A stretch of 35,577 nt of DNA from an uncultured Candidatus Saccharibacteria bacterium (GTDB lineage Bacteria > Patescibacteriota > Minisyncoccia > Phycocordibacterales > PALSA-1337): positions 1-35,577 of the forward strand of contig CAZZPF010000009.1 of the NCBI GenBank assembly GCA_964655515.1, read 5' to 3'. Position numbers and translations under genes: made by a program. This document shows positions 19,232 to 27,795 of the stretch, in pieces. Positions within the stretch are counted from its first letter, which is position 1. Each line of letters begins with the position of its first letter. The notes beneath the pieces are model-generated. The model was not told the origin of the DNA. It saw only the letters and a program-made list of their open reading frames with translations, and made no database searches.

Positions 19232-19259
19232 AAAAACTCCAGCTTTTAAGCTGGTTTTT
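19232..19259. terminator. weak bidirectional hairpin between convergent thyA and dut
   Basis: The sequence aaaaactCCAGCttttaaGCTGGttttta has a 5-bp stem, with an A-tract upstream and a T-tract downstream. Confidence 0.3.
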
Positions 19260-19680
19260 ATTTACCTGTGCTTCCAAATCCTCCCTTGCCTCTATCTGTA
19301 TCTGTAAGTTCTAAAACTTCTTCAAAATTTATATTTTCTACTTTTTGTATAAGAAGCTGGGCAATTTTTTGTCCTTTTTCAAAATGAAAAAATTTATCTG
19401 AAAGATTCATCAGACCCGCATGAATTTCTCCTCTATATCCAGAATCAATAACTCCTCCAAATGTTTTAATTCCATATTTATGCGATAATCCACTTTTATC
19501 CCAGATCAAACCAACAAATCCGTTTGGTATTTCTATTGCCAAACCGAGTGGTATTGACTTTCTTTCGCCCGGTTCCATTTCAAAAGCATCAATTGCGTAA
19601 AGATCCATTCCTGCATCATTATTGTGTGCATGTTTGGGAATGTGTGCTTTAGGATGAAGTTTTTTAATTTTTATGCGCAT
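19258..19680 (-). CDS. dut: dUTP diphosphatase
   Basis: Motifs DAGMDLYA, GVIDSGYRGEI and the C-terminal RGKGGFGSTG are present. I chose the ATG at 19680 (MRIKIKKLHP). Confidence 0.88.
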   Translation of the reverse strand: MRIKIKKLHPKAHIPKHAHNNDAGMDLYAIDAFEMEPGERKSIPLGLAIEIPNGFVGLIWDKSGLSHKYGIKTFGGVIDSGYRGEIHAGLMNLSDKFFHFEKGQKIAQLLIQKVENINFEEVLELTDTDRGKGGFGSTGK

Positions 19681-20203
19681 GATTTGAGGATCTGTCTTTT
19701 TTATAATCTTCAATTTCAGAATTTAACAGTTGGAAAATTATTCCACTCTCCTCACAAAGCTTTTTAGTTCTTGTGCCTTGATGATAATCTTTATTGGCAA
19801 TAATCTTTTTTATTCCAGCATTGATAAGAATTTTAATGCAAATATAACAAGGTGTCATATGACAATAGAGAGTTGCTCCATTTAGAGAAACTCCAAGTTT
19901 TGCCGCCTGTGTAATAGCATTTTGTTCAGCGTGAACAGTTCTGACACAGTGTTCAGAAATTGAGCCATCGTCGTTAACTACTTTTGACATTTCATGACCA
20001 ATATCATCACAATGAGCAATTCCTTTAGGAGATCCGACATACCCAGTTACAAGGATCTGTCTATCTTTCACAACTACACAACCAGAACGGCCCCTACTGC
20101 ATGTGGCTCTACTTCCAACAAGCTCGGCAATTGACATGAAATATTCATCCCAAGACGGCCGTATGTATTTTTTCTCTGATTTTTTTCCTGGATGATCACT
20201 CAT
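19664..20203 (-). CDS. comEB: dCMP deaminase (zinc-dependent cytidine/deoxycytidylate deaminase family)
   Basis: The zinc motifs HAEQNAI and PCYICIKIL (HAE...PCxxC) are present. Confidence 0.85.
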   Translation of the reverse strand: MSDHPGKKSEKKYIRPSWDEYFMSIAELVGSRATCSRGRSGCVVVKDRQILVTGYVGSPKGIAHCDDIGHEMSKVVNDDGSISEHCVRTVHAEQNAITQAAKLGVSLNGATLYCHMTPCYICIKILINAGIKKIIANKDYHQGTRTKKLCEESGIIFQLLNSEIEDYKKDRSSNHAHKN

Positions 20204-20241
20204 ATCATTTAATTATTAACAAGTATATAATATTATTATAC

Positions 20242-20763
20242 ATGATCAAAGTATTTATTATTGCCGCAGTGTCTGCTGACGGCTTTATTGCCAAAAATGA
20301 AAATCATCCTGCTCTATGGACAAGCAAGGCTGATAAAAAACGCTTTATTGAGCTTACAAGGCGTGCTGGGGTAGTTGTTATGGGTTCTACAACATATAAG
20401 ACTCTAGGACGACCCCTTAAAGATCGCTTAAATATAGTTTACTCAAAAAAACAAACTTTTGAAGGTGTAGAAATGACCCAAGAAAGTCCGAAGGATTTAA
20501 TCAGAAAACTTGAAGAAAGGGGATTTAAAGAGGTGGCAATTTGTGGCGGTTCACATATTTATTCTATGTTTATGAAAGCTGGCATTGTATATACTATATA
20601 TTTAACAATAGAACCGATTATTTTTGGAAAAGGAATTAGTTTATTTAATGAAGATTTGCTTTATCATTTAACATTAAAAAACTCGCAAGTATCAGAAAGT
20701 GCCAGTTCATTGCTCCTAGAATATAAGGTGGATTATTCTGGAAATGCTAAAATGACTATTTAA
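20242..20763 (+). CDS. dihydrofolate reductase family protein (RibD C-terminal-domain type)
   Basis: It reads IIAAVSADGFIA...KADKKRFIELTRRAGVVVMGSTTYKTL...ICGGSHIYSMF...EPIIFGKGISLF, the RibD_C/DHFR-like pattern. It lies in the thymidylate block. Confidence 0.6.
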   Translation: MIKVFIIAAVSADGFIAKNENHPALWTSKADKKRFIELTRRAGVVVMGSTTYKTLGRPLKDRLNIVYSKKQTFEGVEMTQESPKDLIRKLEERGFKEVAICGGSHIYSMFMKAGIVYTIYLTIEPIIFGKGISLFNEDLLYHLTLKNSQVSESASSLLLEYKVDYSGNAKMTI

Positions 20764-21178
20764 CATCAACACCTAGTGATTTGCACGAGCCCTCAATGAT
20801 TTTGATAGCCGCTTCTATTGTGCCAGCATTGAGGTCTGGCATTTTCTTTTCGGCAATAGCTTTAATTTGTTCTTTGCTGATAGTTCCAGCGCGCTTGACA
20901 GTATGATTTCCTGAACCTTTTTCTTGGCCAATGGCTTTTAAAATAAGTGAGCTTGTCGGAGGAGTTTTAAGCACAAAATCATAAGTTCTATCTTCATAAA
21001 CTGTAATGACAACGGGGATCATATCTCCCATCATATTCTTTGTGGCTTCATTAAATTTCTTGGTAAAGTCTCCAATATTAACACCGGCTTGTCCGAGAGT
21101 AGGCCCTAGTGGTGGCGCAGGGGTTGCTTTGCCTGCTGGAGCTATTACTTTTACTTTTTTTATTATCTTTTTGGCCAT
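20756..21178 (-). CDS. rplK: 50S ribosomal protein L11
   Basis: Motifs are PAGKATPAPPLGPTLGQAGVNI and YDFVLKTPPTS. It lies downstream of nusG. Confidence 0.92.
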   Translation of the reverse strand: MAKKIIKKVKVIAPAGKATPAPPLGPTLGQAGVNIGDFTKKFNEATKNMMGDMIPVVITVYEDRTYDFVLKTPPTSSLILKAIGQEKGSGNHTVKRAGTISKEQIKAIAEKKMPDLNAGTIEAAIKIIEGSCKSLGVDVK

Positions 21179-21219
21179 GGCATTTTTTGTTAGTCTTTTT
21201 ATTGTCTTTGGAGGTTACA

Positions 21220-21765
21220 TTAAATCTTCTTGACTTGCAAGAAATCCAGCTCAACAGGAGTCTCTCTACCGAACATTGATACAAGAACCTTAATCTTACC
21301 TCTATTATCATCAACTTCGCTTACTTTACCTTCAAGATCTTTGAATGGGCCGTCAATAATTTTCACTGTTTCATCTTTAACAAGATCAATAGTATGTTTT
21401 ACCTCACCTTTGTTCATTCTACTAAAAAGTATGTCTACTTCTTTTTTTTCTAAGGGTACTGGATAGACACCAGAACCGACAAAACCAGTAACTCTTGGGG
21501 TATTTCTAACGACATACCATGAATCATCCGTAACATTCATATCTACAAGAACATAACCGGGATAAATTTTTTCTTCTTCCTCAACCCTTTTGCCAGATTT
21601 TATTTTTATTTTCTTTTCAGTTGGAACAAGAACATTGAAAATACGATCCTCCATTCCGAGAGATTCTATGCGTTGTTTTAGGTTACGCGCTACGGCATTT
21701 TCATATCCTGCATAAGTATGAATAGCGTACCAATTTCTTTCCCCACCAACTTGCTGTTTTGACAT
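21220..21765 (-). CDS. nusG: transcription termination/antitermination protein NusG
   Basis: [14 protein letters not shown] marks the NGN domain, GYVLV is present, and a C-terminal KOW-like segment reads [14 protein letters not shown]. The secE-nusG-rplK order is conserved. Confidence 0.9.
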   Translation of the reverse strand: MSKQQVGGERNWYAIHTYAGYENAVARNLKQRIESLGMEDRIFNVLVPTEKKIKIKSGKRVEEEEKIYPGYVLVDMNVTDDSWYVVRNTPRVTGFVGSGVYPVPLEKKEVDILFSRMNKGEVKHTIDLVKDETVKIIDGPFKDLEGKVSEVDDNRGKIKVLVSMFGRETPVELDFLQVKKI

Positions 21766-21780
21766 AGATTTATAATTTAA

Positions 21781-21957
21781 TTAGACAAGTAATGTTAAAA
21801 GTTTTGAGAAAATATAGTCAAAGAGACCTAGAAAAAAGGCGGTGATAACAGACACGGCAACAACTAAAATTGAGTACAATATTGCCTGTTTTCTGGTGGG
21901 CCAAGTAACATGGGTCATTTCCGCACGCGTATCTTTTATATATTCAGTTATTTTCAT
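21781..21957 (-). CDS. secE: preprotein translocase subunit SecE (58 aa, below the ORF-track cutoff)
   Basis: My hand translation is MKITEYIKDTRAEMTHVTWPTRKQAILYSILVVAVSVITAFFLGLFDYIFSKLLTLLV. It has an E..KV.WP-like motif and a single TM helix. It sits immediately upstream of nusG. Confidence 0.7.
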   Translation of the reverse strand: MKITEYIKDTRAEMTHVTWPTRKQAILYSILVVAVSVITAFFLGLFDYIFSKLLTLLV

Positions 21958-22033
21958 TGGTTTTTTCTTTTATTAAAAAACCCCTTCCCAGGGACTATAG
22001 ACCTATAGTATATCTATTAAATTAAAAAGTCAA

Positions 22034-22822
22034 TTACCTTATCTCGTAAGTGATGCTTACATTGGCAGTAATCTTCTGTTCACCTGTAGGAATAACTGGG
22101 GCTAGTTCGGCTTTCATGGTCATAATATTTCCACTCATGGCGTCTCGAGCGTAAGGAGAGAATGGCTGATCATCGCTGGAATCGTAAAAACTTGTAACAC
22201 GAACAAGCCTTACTCCAAGATTTTTGGCAATCATAATTGCTTTTTCTTTTGCATTTGAAATAGCTTCGGCGCGAGCAATTGCCTTTACAGAATCTATATT
22301 ATCTATTGAAAACGAGAGTCCATTTACAGTTTGAATACCCGCAGTTCCAATAGTATCAAAAAGTGCTCCCGCTTTTGATAGATCACGAATCTTTACTTCA
22401 ATACTCTGGCTTACATCGTATCCTGAAAGAACTTGTTTGCCTGGAGGACATACATATTGGGAACAAGTGACATTTGTATATTCATAATGAGGATTTATGG
22501 AATATGAAAGGGTTTTTATATCTTTTAGAGCCACGCCACCAGCTTTGACTGCTTTCAATGCTTCATTTATCTTGGTTGTTACTTTATCTTGGGCTTGTTT
22601 AACTGTCTTTGCATTTTCGGTCACACTAAATGAAAAAGTGGCAATATCTGGGATAGATACGGCTTCACCTTTGCCATTTACAGAAATACTGTTCATTATA
22701 GGTGTATCTCTGCCCACATATTTTAATGAAAGAAGTTGCTTAAGGGAAAGTACAGCAAGAAATACTACTAGAAGTATTCCGACCCATTGACCTATTTTCC
22801 AAACTTTGTCTTGATTATTCAT
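22034..22822 (-). CDS. SIMPL (DUF541) domain-containing secreted protein
   Basis: It has an N-terminal TM/signal segment. ISVNGKGEAVSIPDIATFSFSV and the overall pattern match SIMPL, the 26-kDa periplasmic immunogenic protein family. Confidence 0.6.
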   Translation of the reverse strand: MNNQDKVWKIGQWVGILLVVFLAVLSLKQLLSLKYVGRDTPIMNSISVNGKGEAVSIPDIATFSFSVTENAKTVKQAQDKVTTKINEALKAVKAGGVALKDIKTLSYSINPHYEYTNVTCSQYVCPPGKQVLSGYDVSQSIEVKIRDLSKAGALFDTIGTAGIQTVNGLSFSIDNIDSVKAIARAEAISNAKEKAIMIAKNLGVRLVRVTSFYDSSDDQPFSPYARDAMSGNIMTMKAELAPVIPTGEQKITANVSITYEIR

Positions 22823-23628
22823 ATATTTCTAACATCGTAACACGCATCAATAAGATTTTCAAATAAAGCCAGAACTGTCATTTGGCCTACCCCACCCGGC
22901 ACTGGTGATATCATTTTCACAATATCTTTAACCTGATTAAAATTTACATCTCCAACAAGACTATTATTATGACGAGTAATACCAACATCTATTACAATCT
23001 GGCCCTTTTTTATATATTTCTCATCTATAAAATTTGCTTTGCCTATTGCCACGATTAAAATATCTGCATCTTTTGTTACCATATTCATATTTTTTGTTTT
23101 GCTGTCACAAACAGTAACAATTGCCTTTTTACTTCTACACATAAGAGCTATCGGTTTGCCCACAAGTTTTGATTTTCCTATGACAATTACCTTTTTATTT
23201 GCCAGCTTAATATTATAAAAATCAAAAAGTTCTAATATGCCCCTTGCGGTAGCTCCCATAAATTTTGTATTTTGAGTAAGTCCGTCAGTATCTTTTTGGG
23301 GCGCTATAGAATTGATGATAATTTCTGAATTTAAATGAGATGGTAGGGGTAGTTGAACTATAATTCCTTGCGTGTTTTTGTCATTATTATATTTTTTTAT
23401 TATTTCTAAAATTTCTTTTTGCGCAACCTTTTCGTCAAGCTGTATATGAATTTCTTTTACTCCTATTTTCTGCGCAAAAGATTTTTTAGATTTAATAAAT
23501 GAATCAGAATCAGCACGGTTGCCAACCTGAATAATTGCCAGGCATGGCACAAAAGAAAGTTTTTTTATTTTCTCTGTAAGCAAGAAAACATAGTGCTCCC
23601 GAGCCTTTTTACCGTCTAGTAGTTGCAT
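22819..23628 (-). CDS. folD: bifunctional methylenetetrahydrofolate dehydrogenase/methenyl-THF cyclohydrolase
   Basis: It reads LLDGKKA...LAIIQVGNRADSDSFIKSKKK-like, VQLPLP, DGL, VIGKSKLVGKP and PVPGGVGQMTV. I chose the ATG at 23628. Confidence 0.88.
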   Translation of the reverse strand: MQLLDGKKAREHYVFLLTEKIKKLSFVPCLAIIQVGNRADSDSFIKSKKSFAQKIGVKEIHIQLDEKVAQKEILEIIKKYNNDKNTQGIIVQLPLPSHLNSEIIINSIAPQKDTDGLTQNTKFMGATARGILELFDFYNIKLANKKVIVIGKSKLVGKPIALMCRSKKAIVTVCDSKTKNMNMVTKDADILIVAIGKANFIDEKYIKKGQIVIDVGITRHNNSLVGDVNFNQVKDIVKMISPVPGGVGQMTVLALFENLIDACYDVRNI

Positions 23629-23645
23629 AGAAAACAATACTATCA

Positions 23646-24551
23646 TTACTTTCTCCACCTAGCAAAAATGCCGGCCGGTAAAAGCCTGCCACGATGATTT
23701 TCTTTGGTCTTTTCCTCAATCGCCAATTCCCCTATTTCTATTGAACCGCCAAATTTTTCTATTAGAATTTTCAAACTGTTTTCATAAGCGATAGCTGAAT
23801 ATCCAGCCGAGTAGCCATTAATTATAAAAAATAATGGTTTGTCTTTTAAAAGTTTTATGCAATCTTCCACAAGCCCTAGAAAATGTTCTTCAATTTTCCA
23901 AATCTCTTTTTGCGGGCCATGGCCGAATGCCGGCGGATCCATGATGACAGCATCATACCTACTACCTCGTTTGATTTCACGACCAACAAATATTCTAGCA
24001 TCTTCAAAAATCCAACGAATAGGTTTATCTGCAAGACCTGAAAGTTTGGCGTTTTCTCTTGCCCAAGTTATAGCGGATTTTGAACTATCAACATGGACAA
24101 CTTTGGCACCAGATTGTGCGCAAGCGAGCGAGGCACCTCCCGTGTAGCCAAACAAATTTAAAACTTCGTAAGTGTTTTCATTCGTTTCATTATCTTTTAA
24201 AACTCTTCTCATCCAATGCCAATTTACTGATTGTTCCGGAAAAAGTCCTGTATGTTTGAAAGCCGTGGGCTTTATCCAAAACTTTAAACCTGAAAAATCA
24301 ATGGGCCATCGGTCAGGAGTGCCTTTCTTGATATACCATTTGCCTTTTTGCTCATCGTGAGTAAACTTGCAATCAGCTTTTTTCCATTCTGCTTCTGGTA
24401 AATGCTTTCTCCATAAAGCTTGAGGGTCTGGACGCGATAGAATAACCGTACCAAATCGTTCTAGCTTTTCCCCTTCACCAGAGTCAAGTAGTTCGTAATC
24501 TTTTGAGGATTTAGTTGTTACGATTTTTATACTGTCCATATAATATGACAT
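23646..24551 (-). CDS. class I SAM-dependent methyltransferase (RlmI/RlmK-like)
   Basis: VLNLFGYTGGASLACAQSGAKVVHVDSS is a SAM motif I-like segment. IMDPPAFG is the NPPY/DPPxF-type catalytic motif. Confidence 0.75.
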   Translation of the reverse strand: MSYYMDSIKIVTTKSSKDYELLDSGEGEKLERFGTVILSRPDPQALWRKHLPEAEWKKADCKFTHDEQKGKWYIKKGTPDRWPIDFSGLKFWIKPTAFKHTGLFPEQSVNWHWMRRVLKDNETNENTYEVLNLFGYTGGASLACAQSGAKVVHVDSSKSAITWARENAKLSGLADKPIRWIFEDARIFVGREIKRGSRYDAVIMDPPAFGHGPQKEIWKIEEHFLGLVEDCIKLLKDKPLFFIINGYSAGYSAIAYENSLKILIEKFGGSIEIGELAIEEKTKENHRGRLLPAGIFARWRK

Positions 24552-24592
24552 GAGTTGAAATTACAAAAATAGTTTTTGGATCAATTGATTTA

Positions 24593-25096
24593 TTACAAAG
24601 CAAATGGTTCCGGCGATCTATTGCTATTTATTTTAATAAACTTAAGTATTGCTTGTTCATCATAGGCCTGCAACTTTTGTAATTGACCCCAAGACACAAG
24701 AACGATTGGCGCATCATCTTTTAATCTTGGTGTAACAATTATTTTTACATGAGATTTGGCAATCTGCTCCAGAGCCCCTTTAGTTGCATCATCAATTGTT
24801 GTATACGATATCCAAATGCCACCATGTTCAAGATTATGTATTAATTGTTCATCAGGCAATTCGGTCTGGTAAACTCCCCATTCAGCGGGCTGTTCATAAT
24901 GTGGACCAGATGTCGGAGGATTTGAGTTGTAGGGTGTATGTGAAGCACCTATAGCAATATGTTCTCTACTAACAATAGGAAAAGATTCTCCGACTAGTGG
25001 CAATGCTTTTTTATTATTCGCAGCAATCAATCCCCAAATAATAAGCCCGATAATTATAATAAATGTTCCCCAACTAAGTATTCTTTTTGTATTCAT
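24593..25096 (-). CDS. DUF3105 domain-containing membrane-anchored protein
   Basis: It has an N-terminal TM helix, then NPPTSGPHY...WGVY...HNLEHGG, which is typical of DUF3105. Confidence 0.55.
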   Translation of the reverse strand: MNTKRILSWGTFIIIIGLIIWGLIAANNKKALPLVGESFPIVSREHIAIGASHTPYNSNPPTSGPHYEQPAEWGVYQTELPDEQLIHNLEHGGIWISYTTIDDATKGALEQIAKSHVKIIVTPRLKDDAPIVLVSWGQLQKLQAYDEQAILKFIKINSNRSPEPFAL

Positions 25097-25105
25097 GATT
25101 TCTTA

Positions 25106-25669
25106 TTATAACAGATGGGAGAATTGAATCAAAAGATATATGCCAAACATATTCATAATAAATGAAATGGGTATAAGAACTACTGTTTTCACTTTTGACA
25201 TACCAAGAAGAATAATGCCAAATTCATCTGGTAATGGGGAGGCAATTATAAGGGCTCCCAGAATTGGAGAAAGCCATTTCAGAAAACCAAAGTGTAATGA
25301 GTATAGAATGTGACGCATGGTTTTTGGCTTTATTGTTTTCATCAGGTCATTTGCGAAACGATCCTTTATAAAAAAGAAGAGGATGAGATCACCACACATA
25401 GCTCCGAGTCCTCCCCAGATAACTACATCTCTGATTGGAGAATTTTCGGCTATATGGACAAGGGCCACCGATGAAGGGGCTAAAGTAAAAGCAGAAGTAA
25501 AAAAAATGCCGGCCACGAAGCTTGCCAAAATATAGTAATCGCGAAATAAATAAACAAAGAAATCTATTAGGCCTGTTTTGACAAAAATAATAGCGAAAAG
25601 AACTCCAATGGCAATCATAATAACATCGCATGCTAGTGCATATGCATTCTTTTTATTTTTTCGTGACAT
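25106..25669 (-). CDS. polytopic membrane protein, function unknown
   Basis: It contains several hydrophobic helices. A basic N-terminus, MSRKNKKN, follows the ATG at 25669. The track ORF extends to 25729. Confidence 0.4.
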   Translation of the reverse strand: MSRKNKKNAYALACDVIMIAIGVLFAIIFVKTGLIDFFVYLFRDYYILASFVAGIFFTSAFTLAPSSVALVHIAENSPIRDVVIWGGLGAMCGDLILFFFIKDRFANDLMKTIKPKTMRHILYSLHFGFLKWLSPILGALIIASPLPDEFGIILLGMSKVKTVVLIPISFIMNMFGIYLLIQFSHLL

Positions 25670-26084
25670 AATAATGAAATCGCCGACCAATGCTTTTATT
25701 ATAGCAAAGTTTGAAAGAAAGAAATCCAATTAAACCAAGTTGTATTGCAGGAGTAAGGCCAACATTTATAAGAGGAATGATTGGCATATGGGCATTATAC
25801 ATCCAACGCCCCGTACCAAGACCATACCATTCATTGAATATGCCAATTATCATGCCGAGAATAATAATTAGCCATGGTCTTTTTTGCAAAAAAGAAAAAT
25901 ACAAAAAAGGAATGGAAATAGTAGTAATGATTATTGCATCTGCAATAGAAGCTCTTAAAAGTATAAATTCAGTAATTTCCCCACCCATATAATTGTCATA
26001 AAGAAAAACGTGGAGATTTTCCCATATTGCGTTGAGAATTAATGATATGAAGAAAATTAGAGATAATTTTTTTAAGTTCATCAC
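25653..26084 (-). CDS. polytopic membrane protein, function unknown
   Basis: The 143-aa protein is hydrophobic with about four predicted helices. I recognise no motif. Confidence 0.4.
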   Translation of the reverse strand: MMNLKKLSLIFFISLILNAIWENLHVFLYDNYMGGEITEFILLRASIADAIIITTISIPFLYFSFLQKRPWLIIILGMIIGIFNEWYGLGTGRWMYNAHMPIIPLINVGLTPAIQLGLIGFLSFKLCYNKSIGRRFHYYVTKK

Positions 26085-26283
26085 TTTTTAATTACTCATC
26101 TTTATTTATCTTATAAAAATAATGTAACCACTCAATTTTTTTATTTGTTGTCATGTTTTTATTTTTGGGGGTCAGTATCCAAACCTTATTATAAGTATAC
26201 TTGAAGATAAGGAATATATGGAAGCTTTGTATGGGAAGTATTTGGGTATTAAATCTGAAATGGAACTAGTAACACACAAAGTC

Positions 26284-27261
26284 TTATTTTTCTAATTTTA
26301 AATGTTTTTTGAGTTTGTAAGTATTTCCATGTCCAAGTAATCCACGATAAGAATTTACAGTTTCTTTTTTGGGATAACCTCTTAATTTTCTTATTATTTT
26401 TCTTTTTGTAGTTGTACGAATCTGTCTATGATATGGAAAGTGGACCCAGCCCAGAAAATCTACGCCCGAATCGTAGGTCTTTATGTATACTTTGTGCTCA
26501 TGGAGTGTGAGGTGTAATTTCTCATTCAGAAAAACGTGGAGCTTCGGCAGAATGTCTTCTAGATATTTTCTATCGTCAGACAGGATCGCAAAATCATCCG
26601 CATAGCGAAGATAATATTTTACTCGCAGTTCCTGTTTGAGGTACATGTCAAATTCGTGCATGTACACATTCACGAGAAGCTGAGACGTGAGATTGCCAAG
26701 TGGCAGTCCGACACCAGGAGCAGTTGTGTGAAAGCTCGAGACCACTTGATTAATGAGCCAGCGAATATCTGGATCGGCAATATGACGCTCGAGCACTTTC
26801 ATAAGGACCTCATGATCAACGCTTGCAAAGAATTTCCTGATGTCACACTTAAGCACGAAGCATGTGCGTGTGTAATTCTTGGACATCTTGCGGGCAAAAT
26901 CTCTGAAGCGGTCGAGAGCTCGATGTGTTCCCTTATGCTTTCGGCATGAATACGAATCGTGAATAAAGCGGGTGTGGAAATGCCAGTAAAGCTCTTTATA
27001 AATTAAATGATGCAGCACCCTATCACGCACAGTTGCTTTGTGAATGCTGCGAGGCTTTGGATCGGAAATATTAAACGCTGAGTACAGACCGTGAACATAA
27101 GTCTTATTTTTGAGGTCTGTATATAGGCTAGCGATGTTGATTGTGAGCTCGGCTTGAAATTTTATGACATCCTTTTTGTGCTTTTTGCCGCGTAGAAATC
27201 TCTCCCACGTCAGGAGTAAATTTTCGATTGTGATGATAGAATTGTAGGTATGAGTAAACAT
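26284..27261 (-). CDS. DGR-type reverse transcriptase
   Basis: RT motifs 1-7 are present: PRSIHKATVRDRVLHH, SYSCRKHKGTHRAL, VLKCDIRKFFASVDH, GLPLGNLTSQLLVNVYM (the DGR-diagnostic GxxxSQ), YLRYADDFAIL, LHLTLHEHKV and GVDFLGW. I chose the start at the ATG at 27261 (MFTHTYNSI...). The upstream part of the track ORF is antisense to avd. Confidence 0.88.
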   Translation of the reverse strand: MFTHTYNSIITIENLLLTWERFLRGKKHKKDVIKFQAELTINIASLYTDLKNKTYVHGLYSAFNISDPKPRSIHKATVRDRVLHHLIYKELYWHFHTRFIHDSYSCRKHKGTHRALDRFRDFARKMSKNYTRTCFVLKCDIRKFFASVDHEVLMKVLERHIADPDIRWLINQVVSSFHTTAPGVGLPLGNLTSQLLVNVYMHEFDMYLKQELRVKYYLRYADDFAILSDDRKYLEDILPKLHVFLNEKLHLTLHEHKVYIKTYDSGVDFLGWVHFPYHRQIRTTTKRKIIRKLRGYPKKETVNSYRGLLGHGNTYKLKKHLKLEK

Positions 27262-27287
27262 AACGAGCAGAATAAACCAGTAAGTAA

Positions 27288-27296
27288 CCCCCCCCC
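27288..27296. repeat. C9 (G9 on the minus strand) homopolymer tract in the RT/avd divergent intergenic region
   Basis: I read it directly as ...taagtaaCCCCCCCCCacga... It lies 27 nt upstream of the RT ATG and 19 nt upstream of the avd GTG. Confidence 0.9.
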
Positions 27297-27314
27297 ACGA
27301 TTCCACTCGTTCTT

Positions 27315-27656
27315 GTGCGTGCGAAAGAAGCGTACCAATTGTGGCATAGCTCAATCGTAAATTTAAAGCGTGTCGACCGCTACACGATCGGTGCAAAAGT
27401 TGACGATATTTTCCTCTCACTCCTCGAGCTCATATTCAGAGCATGCTTTGCTTATGACAAATTCGAGAAGCTGTCTCTGGTATCTCAGGCTATTGCAAAA
27501 TCCGACCTGCTCAAATTCTTTCTGCAATTGAGCTGGGAACATAAAGTCATTGACCATAAAAGTTACGGTGCACTGATTCTTCTTTTAGATGAAGTCGGTC
27601 GCATGCTTGGAGGTTGGAAGAAAAACCTTGGAGACAAAACTCCCACTAACAAATAG
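27315..27656 (+). CDS. avd: Avd-like four-helix-bundle protein (DGR accessory variability determinant family)
   Basis: The 113-aa protein has a GTG start. RYTIGAKVDDIFLSLLELIFRACFA...LLKFFLQLSWEHKVIDHKSYGALILLLDEVGRMLGGWKK matches the four-helix-bundle (23S rRNA IVS/Avd) family pattern. It lies between the TR and the RT but on the opposite strand. Confidence 0.7.
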   Translation: MRAKEAYQLWHSSIVNLKRVDRYTIGAKVDDIFLSLLELIFRACFAYDKFEKLSLVSQAIAKSDLLKFFLQLSWEHKVIDHKSYGALILLLDEVGRMLGGWKKNLGDKTPTNK

Positions 27657-27673
27657 TGGGAGAAATCATTTGA

Positions 27674-27795
27674 GTTGCAGAAGCAGAGGAAGGCATTGTC
27701 GTCGTTCCAGACATTCTCGAAGTTGCCAAGGTTGAACTTGAAGTGACCGTCCGAGTTGCAGTTCACATTCGGCACCCTGTGGTTGCCGTCGGCAT
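27674..27795 (-). repeat. DGR template repeat (TR)
   Basis: The 122 nt align without gaps to 28142-28263 at an offset of 468. There are 12 mismatches, and every one is a plus-strand T in the TR, which is an A on the sense strand. In the VR frame the TR is rich in AAC (Asn) codons. Confidence 0.9.

Noticed and set aside
21960-22033. Possible tRNA or rpmG between the SIMPL gene and secE, a common position upstream of secE
   Set aside because: Only 74 nt are available. I found no cloverleaf and no ORF. There is only a weak 4-bp hairpin (CCCTgggaAGGG plus T-run on the minus strand), which may terminate the upstream gene.
359-25992. Numerous 60-135 aa track ORFs antisense to or nested in annotated genes (for example 359..592, 1086..1367, 3277..3546, 6041..6415, 10611..11012, 16426..16836, 18377..18619, 21078..21314, 25389..25631)
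   Set aside because: They lie opposite or out of frame within well-supported conserved genes. Their translations are biased (Phe/Ile/Leu/Ser-rich) as expected from antisense AT-rich coding sequence. They lack RBS signals.
26284-27261. Group II intron or retron interpretation of the reverse transcriptase
   Set aside because: There is no maturase X or endonuclease extension, and I saw no intron domain V/VI-like RNA. Motif 4 has the DGR-type SQ signature. A cognate TR/VR pair with A-specific mismatches is adjacent.
27262-27420. N-terminal 53-codon extension of the RT ORF (track start 27420) that overlaps avd
   Set aside because: The extension (MRGKYRQLLHRSCSGRHALNLRLSYATIG...) is the antisense of the Avd-like coding sequence and has no RT-like features. 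RT homology begins near MFTHTYNSIITIENLL at the ATG at 27261.
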